Assembly: GCA_038870635.1 (NCBI GenBank)
Contig: JAVZJR010000001.1
Location: 90,133-154,132 of the forward strand
Direction: 5' to 3'
From: Candidatus Bilamarchaeaceae archaeon
GTDB lineage: Archaea; Micrarchaeota; Micrarchaeia; Anstonellales; Bilamarchaeaceae
Length of the DNA stretch: 64,000 nt
The notes beneath the pieces were generated by a model, which was not told the origin of the DNA, did no database searches, and saw only the letters and a list, made by a program, of their open reading frames with translations. Position numbers and translations under genes: made by a program. Positions 50,832 through 59,434 of this stretch are shown here, one piece after another; within the stretch, counting starts at the first letter, position 1, and every line of letters starts with the position of its first letter.

Positions 50832-51707
50832 TCAGAAACCAAAAAGAAGATTCTTAGAAAAGAAAAGTGCAAGCACCATTCCAACTAACAAAAACGGAAT
50901 AAACGGTGGAAGATCGGTGTACACCCAAATCGTTTGCAAACCTGCCTCCTTTAAACGCTGAATCTCGCTTACTGTTGCCAACCTCTTAATATTGTATTGT
51001 TTAATAATTGCAGGTTCTATAAGTTCTAAGGCGAAAACATCTTCGGGTTCTACCTTTTCTAGTGGTAATTGCTCTGCGAGCATTAAAATGATGTCCTGCT
51101 TATAAACCATAAAAAATATAGATGCCAAAAGTAAAACTGAAATTATAAATAGATAAGTTAAAGAAAAAACAGGGGAATTAATATAAACGTAAATAAAAAA
51201 CAAAAAAGGCAAAAGAAGAAGAAGGTAGAGAAGATTGGGTGTGCCGCCTTGAGATATTATTTTCAAAGCAAACTTTATTGTAACATACACGGTCAATAAG
51301 AGACCGCCATATATCATAGCAGGGATTATAAAAGGTAAATTAAACGACAAACCAGCAAAAGAAGGAACAAAAGGTATGAGTAGCATGACAGAAGTTATGA
51401 CAATAACATCTGCGCCACCTATTTGCCCAAACCTGTAAAAAATATAACCTATTACAGAAATAAATAACGCTGCGCCAAATGTAAACAAAAGAACATCAAA
51501 ATCAGGTTGCATAAGGTAAAAAACAATGTTAAGCAAGATAGCAATACCTAAAAAAGAGTAAAGGATTTTATCAGGAACATTCTTTTTGTTAAAAAGATCG
51601 TAGTAAGAAGCAACAAGAACACCAATAAAAGCCACGATAACCCTCAAAACTTCTCCAGCAACAGGGACATTTGTGAATAACACCTTTTCTATCATTCCAT
51701 CAAGCAT
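50832..51707 (-). CDS. Polytopic membrane protein, probable A24-family prepilin/preflagellin peptidase (PibD/FlaK-like)
   Basis: YYDLFNKKNVPD and IGGADVIVI candidate catalytic Asp motifs ~63 aa apart within TM helices. Confidence 0.45.
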   Translation of the reverse strand: MLDGMIEKVLFTNVPVAGEVLRVIVAFIGVLVASYYDLFNKKNVPDKILYSFLGIAILLNIVFYLMQPDFDVLLFTFGAALFISVIGYIFYRFGQIGGADVIVITSVMLLIPFVPSFAGLSFNLPFIIPAMIYGGLLLTVYVTIKFALKIISQGGTPNLLYLLLLLPFLFFIYVYINSPVFSLTYLFIISVLLLASIFFMVYKQDIILMLAEQLPLEKVEPEDVFALELIEPAIIKQYNIKRLATVSEIQRLKEAGLQTIWVYTDLPPFIPFLLVGMVLALFFSKNLLFGF

Positions 51708-51758
51708 AAAATCACGAATTTAATTTAACGCGGAATGAATAAAAAAGTATAGTTTAGC

Positions 51759-52031
51759 CTATTCCATTAGGTTTTTTAGCGCCTCGCTGGTGAGGTCATT
51801 GGAAAGTGCTTGATCAAGACCAGGTATGCCACCACTAGCTGTGCCTTCTGTTGAGATAGTATGAGTAGAAACAGATGTTTTCTCAACTACTGCGAAGTCT
51901 ATCTGCAACATATTACCACAAACAGGGCATTTTCCGATAGCAGTCATTTGCTGAAGCTCGATATTACCGTTAAAAATAAAATTAAGCTCTGCCCCACACT
52001 TAAGACATTTAACGTTTCTTTTCAAGTCCAT
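51759..52031 (-). CDS. Small zinc-ribbon protein
   Basis: CLKCG…CPVCG. Confidence 0.35.
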   Translation of the reverse strand: MDLKRNVKCLKCGAELNFIFNGNIELQQMTAIGKCPVCGNMLQIDFAVVEKTSVSTHTISTEGTASGGIPGLDQALSNDLTSEALKNLME

Positions 52032-52076
52032 AGAATCGCCAAAATTTAATCTAACGTTTATAATATAAACATTACT

Positions 52077-53216
52077 TTACATCACATCTAGTTTTGTCTT
52101 ATTGGATGAACTAAGAGGTAAGCTCCCTCCGCTTGAAGGCGATTTCACTTTATCGTTGAGCAAAATATCTTTTTTAGCGAATTCCATTCTTTGCTTTAGT
52201 AGTTCAACCAAACTTTCAAGTTTTAATAAAACAGGATCTTTTATGCGGACATGTAAACCTAACTTGGAAGCGTTTGAGAGTAATTTTTTTGTTGTTTCTA
52301 ATCGTTGCTCACGTGCTAACTCAATCTTCTCCATCATTTTTTTTATTAATTCTATAGAATTGGCATTAGAGACCAAATTCTCCATACATTCCGAGCAAAC
52401 CTTTCTTGTTTCACTGCTCTGGGTGGTTGCAATGCTGTGAGGTAAATAACAAAATGAAGAAAGAACGTTCTGGCCATTTTTGCCTGCAAAAGCAATTACC
52501 TGCACGGCCAAATCTTTTATTTGTTGATTGCCTAAAGAAATACCAAGTCGATACATTAACTTAACACTTTCCAGAAAAGGCGGCGGGTCATTCTTGCTAC
52601 GTGCAGGCAAGAGATAGCCATTTTTAAGAGGCAGAAGTATAATATTTAGCAGCGAAATCGTATGTGCTATAGTTTTTTCTTTTTCGCTCTCTTTCGCACC
52701 GTTTGACAAAAATACAAAATTATCTACAAGAGCATGTGAAATAGAAAGGAAAAAGGCAGGCGGTAATTCGACGCCCTTAGCTACCGCATGTTTTATTGTT
52801 TCTTTTATAACATAATGAGATTGATAACTAAAAGAATCACGATCAACTAGATAGTTTCCTAAAGCATTGAGAATAGAAGAACGGAGTGGGTTATCCTCTG
52901 AGTAATGTTTTAATGCAATTAAAAAAGCGCGGTGAGCAAGTTTGCCTGCTTCGCTCAGCTCCGTTTCTGAGATTATTTTTGCAACACTTTCAATATCAAG
53001 ATAGCACGATATTAAAGCAAGCTTGACCAACTCTATACGAGGATAACTTATTTTTTTAGCTGCATCATTAAAAGCAGCTTCTTCAAGCATCATAAGAACA
53101 GAGTAGTTAATTGTCTTATCTAAAGATAAAATTTCATTTTTTATTTTATCTATATTTTTTCTTTCTAAAGAGTTTAAGTCAGCACATATCCTCCTTATTT
53201 TTTCCATATCTCCCAT
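52077..53216 (-). CDS. Hypothetical alpha-helical repeat protein
   Basis: ORF only. Confidence 0.3.
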   Translation of the reverse strand: MGDMEKIRRICADLNSLERKNIDKIKNEILSLDKTINYSVLMMLEEAAFNDAAKKISYPRIELVKLALISCYLDIESVAKIISETELSEAGKLAHRAFLIALKHYSEDNPLRSSILNALGNYLVDRDSFSYQSHYVIKETIKHAVAKGVELPPAFFLSISHALVDNFVFLSNGAKESEKEKTIAHTISLLNIILLPLKNGYLLPARSKNDPPPFLESVKLMYRLGISLGNQQIKDLAVQVIAFAGKNGQNVLSSFCYLPHSIATTQSSETRKVCSECMENLVSNANSIELIKKMMEKIELAREQRLETTKKLLSNASKLGLHVRIKDPVLLKLESLVELLKQRMEFAKKDILLNDKVKSPSSGGSLPLSSSNKTKLDVM

Positions 53217-53365
53217 ACAACCCCCACAAATTATTTATTTAGTAAAGTTTATAAAGTTTTATTTTATGTTTTTTTATGTATAATGTCTGCTAATCTGGGA
53301 AGATAAAAATTTCTTGCAAAAATATTATAAGAAAATTTAAATATTTAATGAATTATTAAATAGTC

Positions 53366-54460
53366 ATGTCGAAAATAAGATGCGCAGTTGTAGGTGTTGG
53401 TAATTGCTTTGCAGGCTTAGTGCAAGGAATAGAATATTACAGACAAAACCCAAAAATGGAAATAATAGGAGTTATGCATCCCAAAATAGGTGGCTATTCA
53501 ATATACGATCTTGACTTTGTGGCTGCATTCGATGTTGATAAAAAAAAGGTTGGAAAACCTTTGAACGAAGCAGTATATGCTGAACCAAACAAAGTAAGAT
53601 GGGTGCCTAAACTTAGCACAATGAATGATGTTGTTGTAAAGCAAGCTCCACGTTTGGATGGAGTTGGGCACTATGTTGAGAAAGTTGTTGAACCGGTTCC
53701 GGAAAGGCCGCTCGATGAACTAAGAAAAGAAATAATAGAAGAGTTAAAAGAAAAAAAAGTAGAGATTCTTGTTTCTTATCTACCAGTAGGGTCAGATAAT
53801 GCGACCAAGTTTTGGGCGCAAGTATGTTTGGATACAAAAATAGCATTTGTAAATTGTATGCCAAGTTTTATAGCATCGGATCCACAATGGGCAAAAAAAT
53901 TTTCCGATGCAGGAGTACCGGTGATTGGAGATGATATAAAAGGGCAAGTAGGCGCCACCATAGTCCACCGAACACTTGCAAAACTCTGCGATGACCGTGG
54001 AACAAAAATAGAACGCACTTATCAGATAAATGTCGGCGGCAATACTGATTTCCTATCTATGAAAGAGCAAGAGAGATTGCATTCAAAAAAAATATCAAAA
54101 ACAGAAAGTGTGCAAAGCCAACTCAAACAGCGATTGCCAGACGATAGCATTTATGTTGGCCCTTCTGATTTCATCCCATTTTTAGGAAATACAAAACTTA
54201 TGTTTATGCGTATAGAAGGCAGGATGTGGGCGAACATACCATACAACATAGAGGTTAGATTAGAAGTAGATGATAAAGCCAACTCTGCCGGTATTGTAGT
54301 AGATGCAATAAGACTTGCAAAAATTGCGTTAGACAGAAAAATGGGCGGGCCTATAATTGCGGCTTCAGCTTATCTTATGAAACATCCACCCTTACAAATG
54401 AGTGATGCGGACGCAAAAAAAGCATTAGAGGAATTTATAGAAAACAAAAGGAATATATAA
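53366..54460 (+). CDS. ino1: myo-Inositol-1-phosphate (inositol-3-phosphate) synthase
   Basis: VGVGNCFAGLVQGIEYY, FVAAFDVDKKKVG, LVSYLPVGSD, FVNCMPSFIASDPQWAKKF, VIGDDIKGQVGATI, NVGGNTDFLSM, SKKISKT are colinear with bacterial/archaeal MIPS. Confidence 0.9.
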   Translation: MSKIRCAVVGVGNCFAGLVQGIEYYRQNPKMEIIGVMHPKIGGYSIYDLDFVAAFDVDKKKVGKPLNEAVYAEPNKVRWVPKLSTMNDVVVKQAPRLDGVGHYVEKVVEPVPERPLDELRKEIIEELKEKKVEILVSYLPVGSDNATKFWAQVCLDTKIAFVNCMPSFIASDPQWAKKFSDAGVPVIGDDIKGQVGATIVHRTLAKLCDDRGTKIERTYQINVGGNTDFLSMKEQERLHSKKISKTESVQSQLKQRLPDDSIYVGPSDFIPFLGNTKLMFMRIEGRMWANIPYNIEVRLEVDDKANSAGIVVDAIRLAKIALDRKMGGPIIAASAYLMKHPPLQMSDADAKKALEEFIENKRNI

Positions 54461-54485
54461 AAAGAAAACAAAAATAATAAAAAAA

Positions 54486-54767
54486 TTAGAATTTTGGCAT
54501 TATGTCTGGTTTCTCGTCAGTGAGTAAGAGTAAATATGGTAACCAGCTAATTGCATAACCAACATATGCCATAATTATCTTGTTTAATATTTCGAGCCTC
54601 TTACCAAAAATAAGTACATACAAGAATTGCAATGGCATGGCAATGTAAACCGAAATTACTGCAAGTACGCCCATGATTATACCCACTATTACAAAGTACA
54701 CTAATCGAATAAACAATTCCACTCTATTTGCTTCTTCCTCAAAAGGAAGTTTTACGTCCACTCTCAT
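54486..54767 (-). CDS. Small membrane protein
   Basis: Two TM segments. Confidence 0.3.
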   Translation of the reverse strand: MRVDVKLPFEEEANRVELFIRLVYFVIVGIIMGVLAVISVYIAMPLQFLYVLIFGKRLEILNKIIMAYVGYAISWLPYLLLLTDEKPDIMPKF

Positions 54768-54788
54768 CAGTTCACCTCTAAAAATTTT

Positions 54789-56204
54789 CTAATATGATTT
54801 CTCCGATAACTTAATAAAGGTTGTAGCTAAAAGCCTTACTCCCGCTCCACTGGCCCCTTTTTCAAGATAAGGATGGTTTGTATTGATGAGGTCAACGCCT
54901 GCTATATCTAAATGCGCCCATTTAGTATCACCGACAAACTCCTTAAGAAAAACTGCACCTGTTATTGAACCAGCCTCGCCAGTATCACTTATATTCTTTA
55001 TATCAGCGATGTCAGATTTCATCATTTCACTATATTCTTTCCAAATAGGTAAACGCCATACCCTTTCAAAAGTTTCCTTTCCCGCATCTTCAATTACTTT
55101 TGCTAATTCATCATCGTTGCTGAATAAACCAACAGCGTGTCTTCCAAGTGCAATAATTATCGCACCAGTAAGTGTTGCGATATCTATTATATAATCAGGT
55201 TTCTTTTCTGCAATATAGGAAAGAGCATCTGCAAGTATAAGACGACCTTCAGCATCAGTATTCAATACTTCTATTGTTTTTCCATTATATGCTTTCCAGA
55301 TATCTCCTGGTCTTTGTGCGGTAGCAGAAGGTAAATTTTCCGCAAGAGGCAAAACAGCAAGAAGACGAATTGGAAGTTTTAATTCTGCAACTGCCTTTAT
55401 TGTAGCAAGGGCTGCCAACGCGCCAGACTTGTCATATTTCATTTCATGCATTTTCGCAGATGGTTTTATTGAGATACCGCCACTATCAAAAGTTATACCT
55501 TTGCCAACAACTGCGCAATAAGGCCTTTTGGCGCCTTCATACTCTAAAATTACTAAGTATGGTGGGTTTTTACTTCCTGCACCTACAGCAAGCAATGCAT
55601 TCATACCCATTTTTTTCAGTTTTTTCTCGTCAAAAACAGTAGCTTTAAGATTATATGTTTTAGCTAAATTAAGCGCCTCTTTAACAATAGCCGAGGGCGT
55701 TATTATGTTTGCTGGTTTTTCATCAAGGGAACGCATATAGTTTTGTGCAGATGCAAGCACCTCACCTAACCTCACTTCTTTTTTTATGTCTTTATCAGAT
55801 ATAAGTATAAGCCGTTCAACAAAACTCTCCTCAACTTTACTTTTAAATTCGGTACATTTATAATTTGCAAGAATTGCGCCTTCTGTAATCAATTGCGCAG
55901 CTTTATTTAAATTTGGCACGACAATGCCAACTTCTTTATATTTAAAATAGCGTGCCATACGAATCGCAGCGCCCCCGCCTCTTCGTAGAAAATCATCTTC
56001 AAATTCCTCTTTTTTACCAAGCGAGTAAAAAGAGATTCTTTTGTAAGGTTTTCCTTTAACCGCAGTTGAATAAACAGAACCTGTCTTTCCCTCCAAATTT
56101 TTAAAATCATCTTTAAAATCTTCAAAATCTTTTGGAAAATCTTTCTCAAAACCAAAGAAAAAAACAACATCTCCTGATAAGTTTCTCTTGATACAAATTT
56201 CCAT
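54789..56204 (-). CDS. pepA: Leucyl aminopeptidase (M17 family)
   Basis: NTDAEGRLILADAL M17 signature and flanking metal ligands. Confidence 0.85.
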   Translation of the reverse strand: MEICIKRNLSGDVVFFFGFEKDFPKDFEDFKDDFKNLEGKTGSVYSTAVKGKPYKRISFYSLGKKEEFEDDFLRRGGGAAIRMARYFKYKEVGIVVPNLNKAAQLITEGAILANYKCTEFKSKVEESFVERLILISDKDIKKEVRLGEVLASAQNYMRSLDEKPANIITPSAIVKEALNLAKTYNLKATVFDEKKLKKMGMNALLAVGAGSKNPPYLVILEYEGAKRPYCAVVGKGITFDSGGISIKPSAKMHEMKYDKSGALAALATIKAVAELKLPIRLLAVLPLAENLPSATAQRPGDIWKAYNGKTIEVLNTDAEGRLILADALSYIAEKKPDYIIDIATLTGAIIIALGRHAVGLFSNDDELAKVIEDAGKETFERVWRLPIWKEYSEMMKSDIADIKNISDTGEAGSITGAVFLKEFVGDTKWAHLDIAGVDLINTNHPYLEKGASGAGVRLLATTFIKLSEKSY

Positions 56205-56264
56205 ATCACCACCTGATAGACCATTTCATCTTCTCTTTAAAAATTTAGCTGATAAATTTAAACT

Positions 56265-57116
56265 ATGGCTAAAAAAGAGGGCGTTAGATTTGGACCAGCT
56301 GGTATCCCCATTCAATGTGAAGGACGAAGCACATTAGATGGCGTTCGTTGTTGTTACGAACTTGGTCTAAAAGCCATGGAAATGGAATTTGTACAAGGCG
56401 TTCGATTAAATAAAAACGCGGCAGCAGAAGTTGGAAAGGTTGCAGAACAACTTGACATCTCTCTTTCTTCTCATGCACCCTACTTCATAAATTTTTGCTC
56501 TAAAGAGGAAACAAAAATAAAGAATAGTATAAGAAACTTAGTAGAAGCTGCAGTGGCAACGGCTTCGGCAAAAGGCAGTATAACTGTTTTTCATCCTGGT
56601 TTTTACCAAGGCCAAGGAAAAGAGGAGGCATATCAAAGGGCCAAGAAAAACATCATGGCAGCATATGAAAAAGTAAAAGAAGCAGGAGCGGAAAAAGTAA
56701 TTCTTGGCGCAGAAACAGTAGGCAAAAAAAGTGCTTTTGGCGGATTCGAAGAAGTTGTAAGATTGGCATCGGAATTAGAGTATGTACAACCAGTACTTGA
56801 TTTTGCACACATGCACGCTCGAAGAGATTTCATTATAAAAGGAGTTGATGACTACAGAAAAATATTTGAAATTTTAGAGAAAAAATTAGGAGACTATGTA
56901 CACCATTTCCACAGCCATTTCTCTGAAATAAGGTACAGTGAGAAAGGAGAGCTATCCCATCTTCCACTTGGCACAAATAATGAACCGCCAATAGAACCTT
57001 TGCTTAAAGTAATAGTAGAGAATGGCTATTCCGGAACAATAATATGTGAAACACCGCAATTAGATATCGATGCACAAAAAATGCAAAAAATTTACAGCAG
57101 GATGGTGAAAAAATGA
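56265..57116 (+). CDS. nfo: Endonuclease IV (AP endonuclease, xylose-isomerase-like TIM barrel)
   Basis: SSHAPYFINFCS matches the HAPYLINL signature; His/Glu metal-ligand pattern. Confidence 0.75.
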   Translation: MAKKEGVRFGPAGIPIQCEGRSTLDGVRCCYELGLKAMEMEFVQGVRLNKNAAAEVGKVAEQLDISLSSHAPYFINFCSKEETKIKNSIRNLVEAAVATASAKGSITVFHPGFYQGQGKEEAYQRAKKNIMAAYEKVKEAGAEKVILGAETVGKKSAFGGFEEVVRLASELEYVQPVLDFAHMHARRDFIIKGVDDYRKIFEILEKKLGDYVHHFHSHFSEIRYSEKGELSHLPLGTNNEPPIEPLLKVIVENGYSGTIICETPQLDIDAQKMQKIYSRMVKK

Positions 57117-58003
57117 GCGAGTTATTAGTAGATTATCTTGAAGATGCTGCGGCTTTCATAAAGAAAAGAAAAGAACGCCTTAACGAACTTGAAAAATATT
57201 ATAGAGAAACCTATTCAAAAGATATAAGAGAAGAGATGGAAATCATAAAAAAAGAGATAAGAAAAAAGAGAAAAGAGATAACAGACAAACTTTATGAAAA
57301 CTCAGAAGAACTTAATTACATAAAAAAATACTTTCCAGATTTTTTTGAAGTGCTTCTTGAAGAGGACGAAATAGGAAAAATAATAAAAAAAGAAGATTTA
57401 CTTTACGACCGATTAAGATTTCCGGGAGCACGTCAACATTTACTTAGGTTAAAAGCTGCGCGTGCACAATTAAAAGACGCTATTGATTTTCTAGAGAAGT
57501 GGCCCGGCATTATAAAAGAAAAACAACTCATTGCAACCTATCCAATCCTCAAGGGCGAGATAGAAGGGGATAAGGAAAGCGGGGAGATAATAGAGAAAAT
57601 AAAAGAACTTGAAAAAAAATTAGTGCACGAAGGATGGAAAGTAATAATAAGTAATGAGGATATACTTCTTGAATTTCTCGATAAATATATAAAAAAACTA
57701 AATAAAGCAGAGATTAATCTAAAAAAAGCACAATTGAATTATGAGGATGCAAAAGGAAAAGGAACCGTGACAGAAAACAACGCCCTTCGAATGTTAAGAG
57801 CAGCAGAAAAAAATAAAAAAAACATTGAAGAGCGCATAAGAAAAATGCTTTTGGCTAATCCCTTAGTGCTTGCAAAACTAAAAAAGAAAAAATGGTTGGC
57901 AAGGGATAAAAAAACACAACTGGAAAAAATTGCAGAAAAAATAACGCCAAAAAAAATAAAAGAAAAGGTTTGGTTAACTGAAATGAAAAAAAGATTAGGC
58001 TAG
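57113..58003 (+). CDS. Hypothetical K/E-rich coiled-coil protein, translationally coupled to nfo (ATGA overlap)
   Basis: ORF only. Confidence 0.3.
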   Translation: MSELLVDYLEDAAAFIKKRKERLNELEKYYRETYSKDIREEMEIIKKEIRKKRKEITDKLYENSEELNYIKKYFPDFFEVLLEEDEIGKIIKKEDLLYDRLRFPGARQHLLRLKAARAQLKDAIDFLEKWPGIIKEKQLIATYPILKGEIEGDKESGEIIEKIKELEKKLVHEGWKVIISNEDILLEFLDKYIKKLNKAEINLKKAQLNYEDAKGKGTVTENNALRMLRAAEKNKKNIEERIRKMLLANPLVLAKLKKKKWLARDKKTQLEKIAEKITPKKIKEKVWLTEMKKRLG

Positions 58004-58561
58004 TTATTTTCTTTTTAGCTCGTCTAACGCAGCTTTTGCTACTTCTTTATCGTTCTTACTGTAGAAAGGATTTTTCTCTATTACTTCGTTAAAGAAATTA
58101 TACAATAAAGAGAGCGTTCTTTCTCTATTAGAACGAAAAGCCTTTTTTATGTAATTTGAACTCAGAGGATTACCCTCAAGCAGATAACATATTGCTAAAT
58201 AAAAGTTAGCCTCGTGTCTGTCTGGATCAATTTCTATACAAGACAAAAATTTTCTTTTTGCAGCCTCAGTATCTAACATTTCTAAATAAGCAAGCCCATC
58301 AAAAAAAAGAGGGTCGTAGTCTTTCTTTAATAAAAATGAACGCTCAAAATACTCGTGGGCGCTTTCATAATTTTTCAAACGCATAGAGATAATACCAAGT
58401 AAATACCAAGCAGTGGGATCATCTTTCGTTTTTAATAGGTAATCATTTAGAAGCTTCGCAGCATCACGATATTTTGCTTTTAAAAGAAGGGACTTAACCC
58501 TTGCTTCTTCAACTTTGTCCATATTAAGACCTTCTCTGTATTCTTTAAAAAACATTTGCAC
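58004..58561 (-). CDS. TPR-repeat protein
   Basis: Three or four 34-aa TPR-like helix pairs (W/LG/Y/A/F/A/P pattern). Confidence 0.5.
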   Translation of the reverse strand: MQMFFKEYREGLNMDKVEEARVKSLLLKAKYRDAAKLLNDYLLKTKDDPTAWYLLGIISMRLKNYESAHEYFERSFLLKKDYDPLFFDGLAYLEMLDTEAAKRKFLSCIEIDPDRHEANFYLAICYLLEGNPLSSNYIKKAFRSNRERTLSLLYNFFNEVIEKNPFYSKNDKEVAKAALDELKRK

Positions 58562-58672
58562 CGAGCATTTTTTAAATGTTTATTTTTGTATATAAATATG
58601 TAAATAAAAAGAAAATTAAAGGTAAGCTTTAAAAATAGTTTTGTATATATATTTCGCTATAAGTGGAAAGAT

Positions 58673-58942
58673 GTGGTTTTAATGTTCAAAAAAGAAGAGA
58701 GAAAAGAACAACGTCTTCAAAGAGTTCCTGAATTAGATATAAAGATTGCAGAAGGTAATAATACGAATAGAGTCATAGGTGGAGCGGTTAGAGTGTGCTG
58801 TCAGTCACGAGAAGCAGAAAACAACATAAGAGAAGCTGAGAGAGCGCTACAAATTAAAAAAAATGAAGAAAAACTCGGACTTGATGTAGGGAAACTTGTT
58901 AAAAATTTCACAAACTTTTTAGGGATTAAAAAAATAGTATAA
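58673..58942 (+). CDS. Hypothetical small protein
   Basis: ORF only. Confidence 0.25.
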   Translation: MVLMFKKEERKEQRLQRVPELDIKIAEGNNTNRVIGGAVRVCCQSREAENNIREAERALQIKKNEEKLGLDVGKLVKNFTNFLGIKKIV

Positions 58943-58999
58943 ATCTCATTTTGAGAGCAGAAAGAAAAGATTTTAATTCGCAACTTCTAATTACAAAAT

Positions 59000-59434
59000 A
59001 TGCGGGGAGTAACAATAGTAAAAACACGACCACAACCAATAAAAGCAATAGAAACAGCAGAAATAGCGTTGGAGCTTATAAAAGCAGCTGAAGAAAAAAT
59101 AAAAAACCAAAACACTGAAGAGACGTATACAACATCATTACAAGCAATAAGAATGGCTGCGGCATCGTTGATGTTTATGGATGGCTATATCGCTCCAACA
59201 CTAGAAGGCGCTGTAGAATATATAAAAAATAATCACCCTCGTCTCAACGCAGAAGAATGGAAGATATATGAATACAATCATCCAAAAAATAGGAGTATAG
59301 TAGATGCGATACTTGAAATGTTAAATATAAAAAAGAAAATAAACGAAGAGGAGATGTCGGATAAAGTTTTTTCACTTGCGAAAGAGTTTGTAAATTATGC
59401 GGAGAGAGCGACAAAATATGGAAAAATTGAGTGA
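59000..59434 (+). CDS. Hypothetical helical protein upstream of alaS
   Basis: ORF only. Confidence 0.3.
   Translation: MRGVTIVKTRPQPIKAIETAEIALELIKAAEEKIKNQNTEETYTTSLQAIRMAAASLMFMDGYIAPTLEGAVEYIKNNHPRLNAEEWKIYEYNHPKNRSIVDAILEMLNIKKKINEEEMSDKVFSLAKEFVNYAERATKYGKIE

Noticed and set aside
59000-59434. Possible HEPN-domain protein upstream of alaS
   Set aside because: No Rx4-6H motif is present; left as hypothetical.
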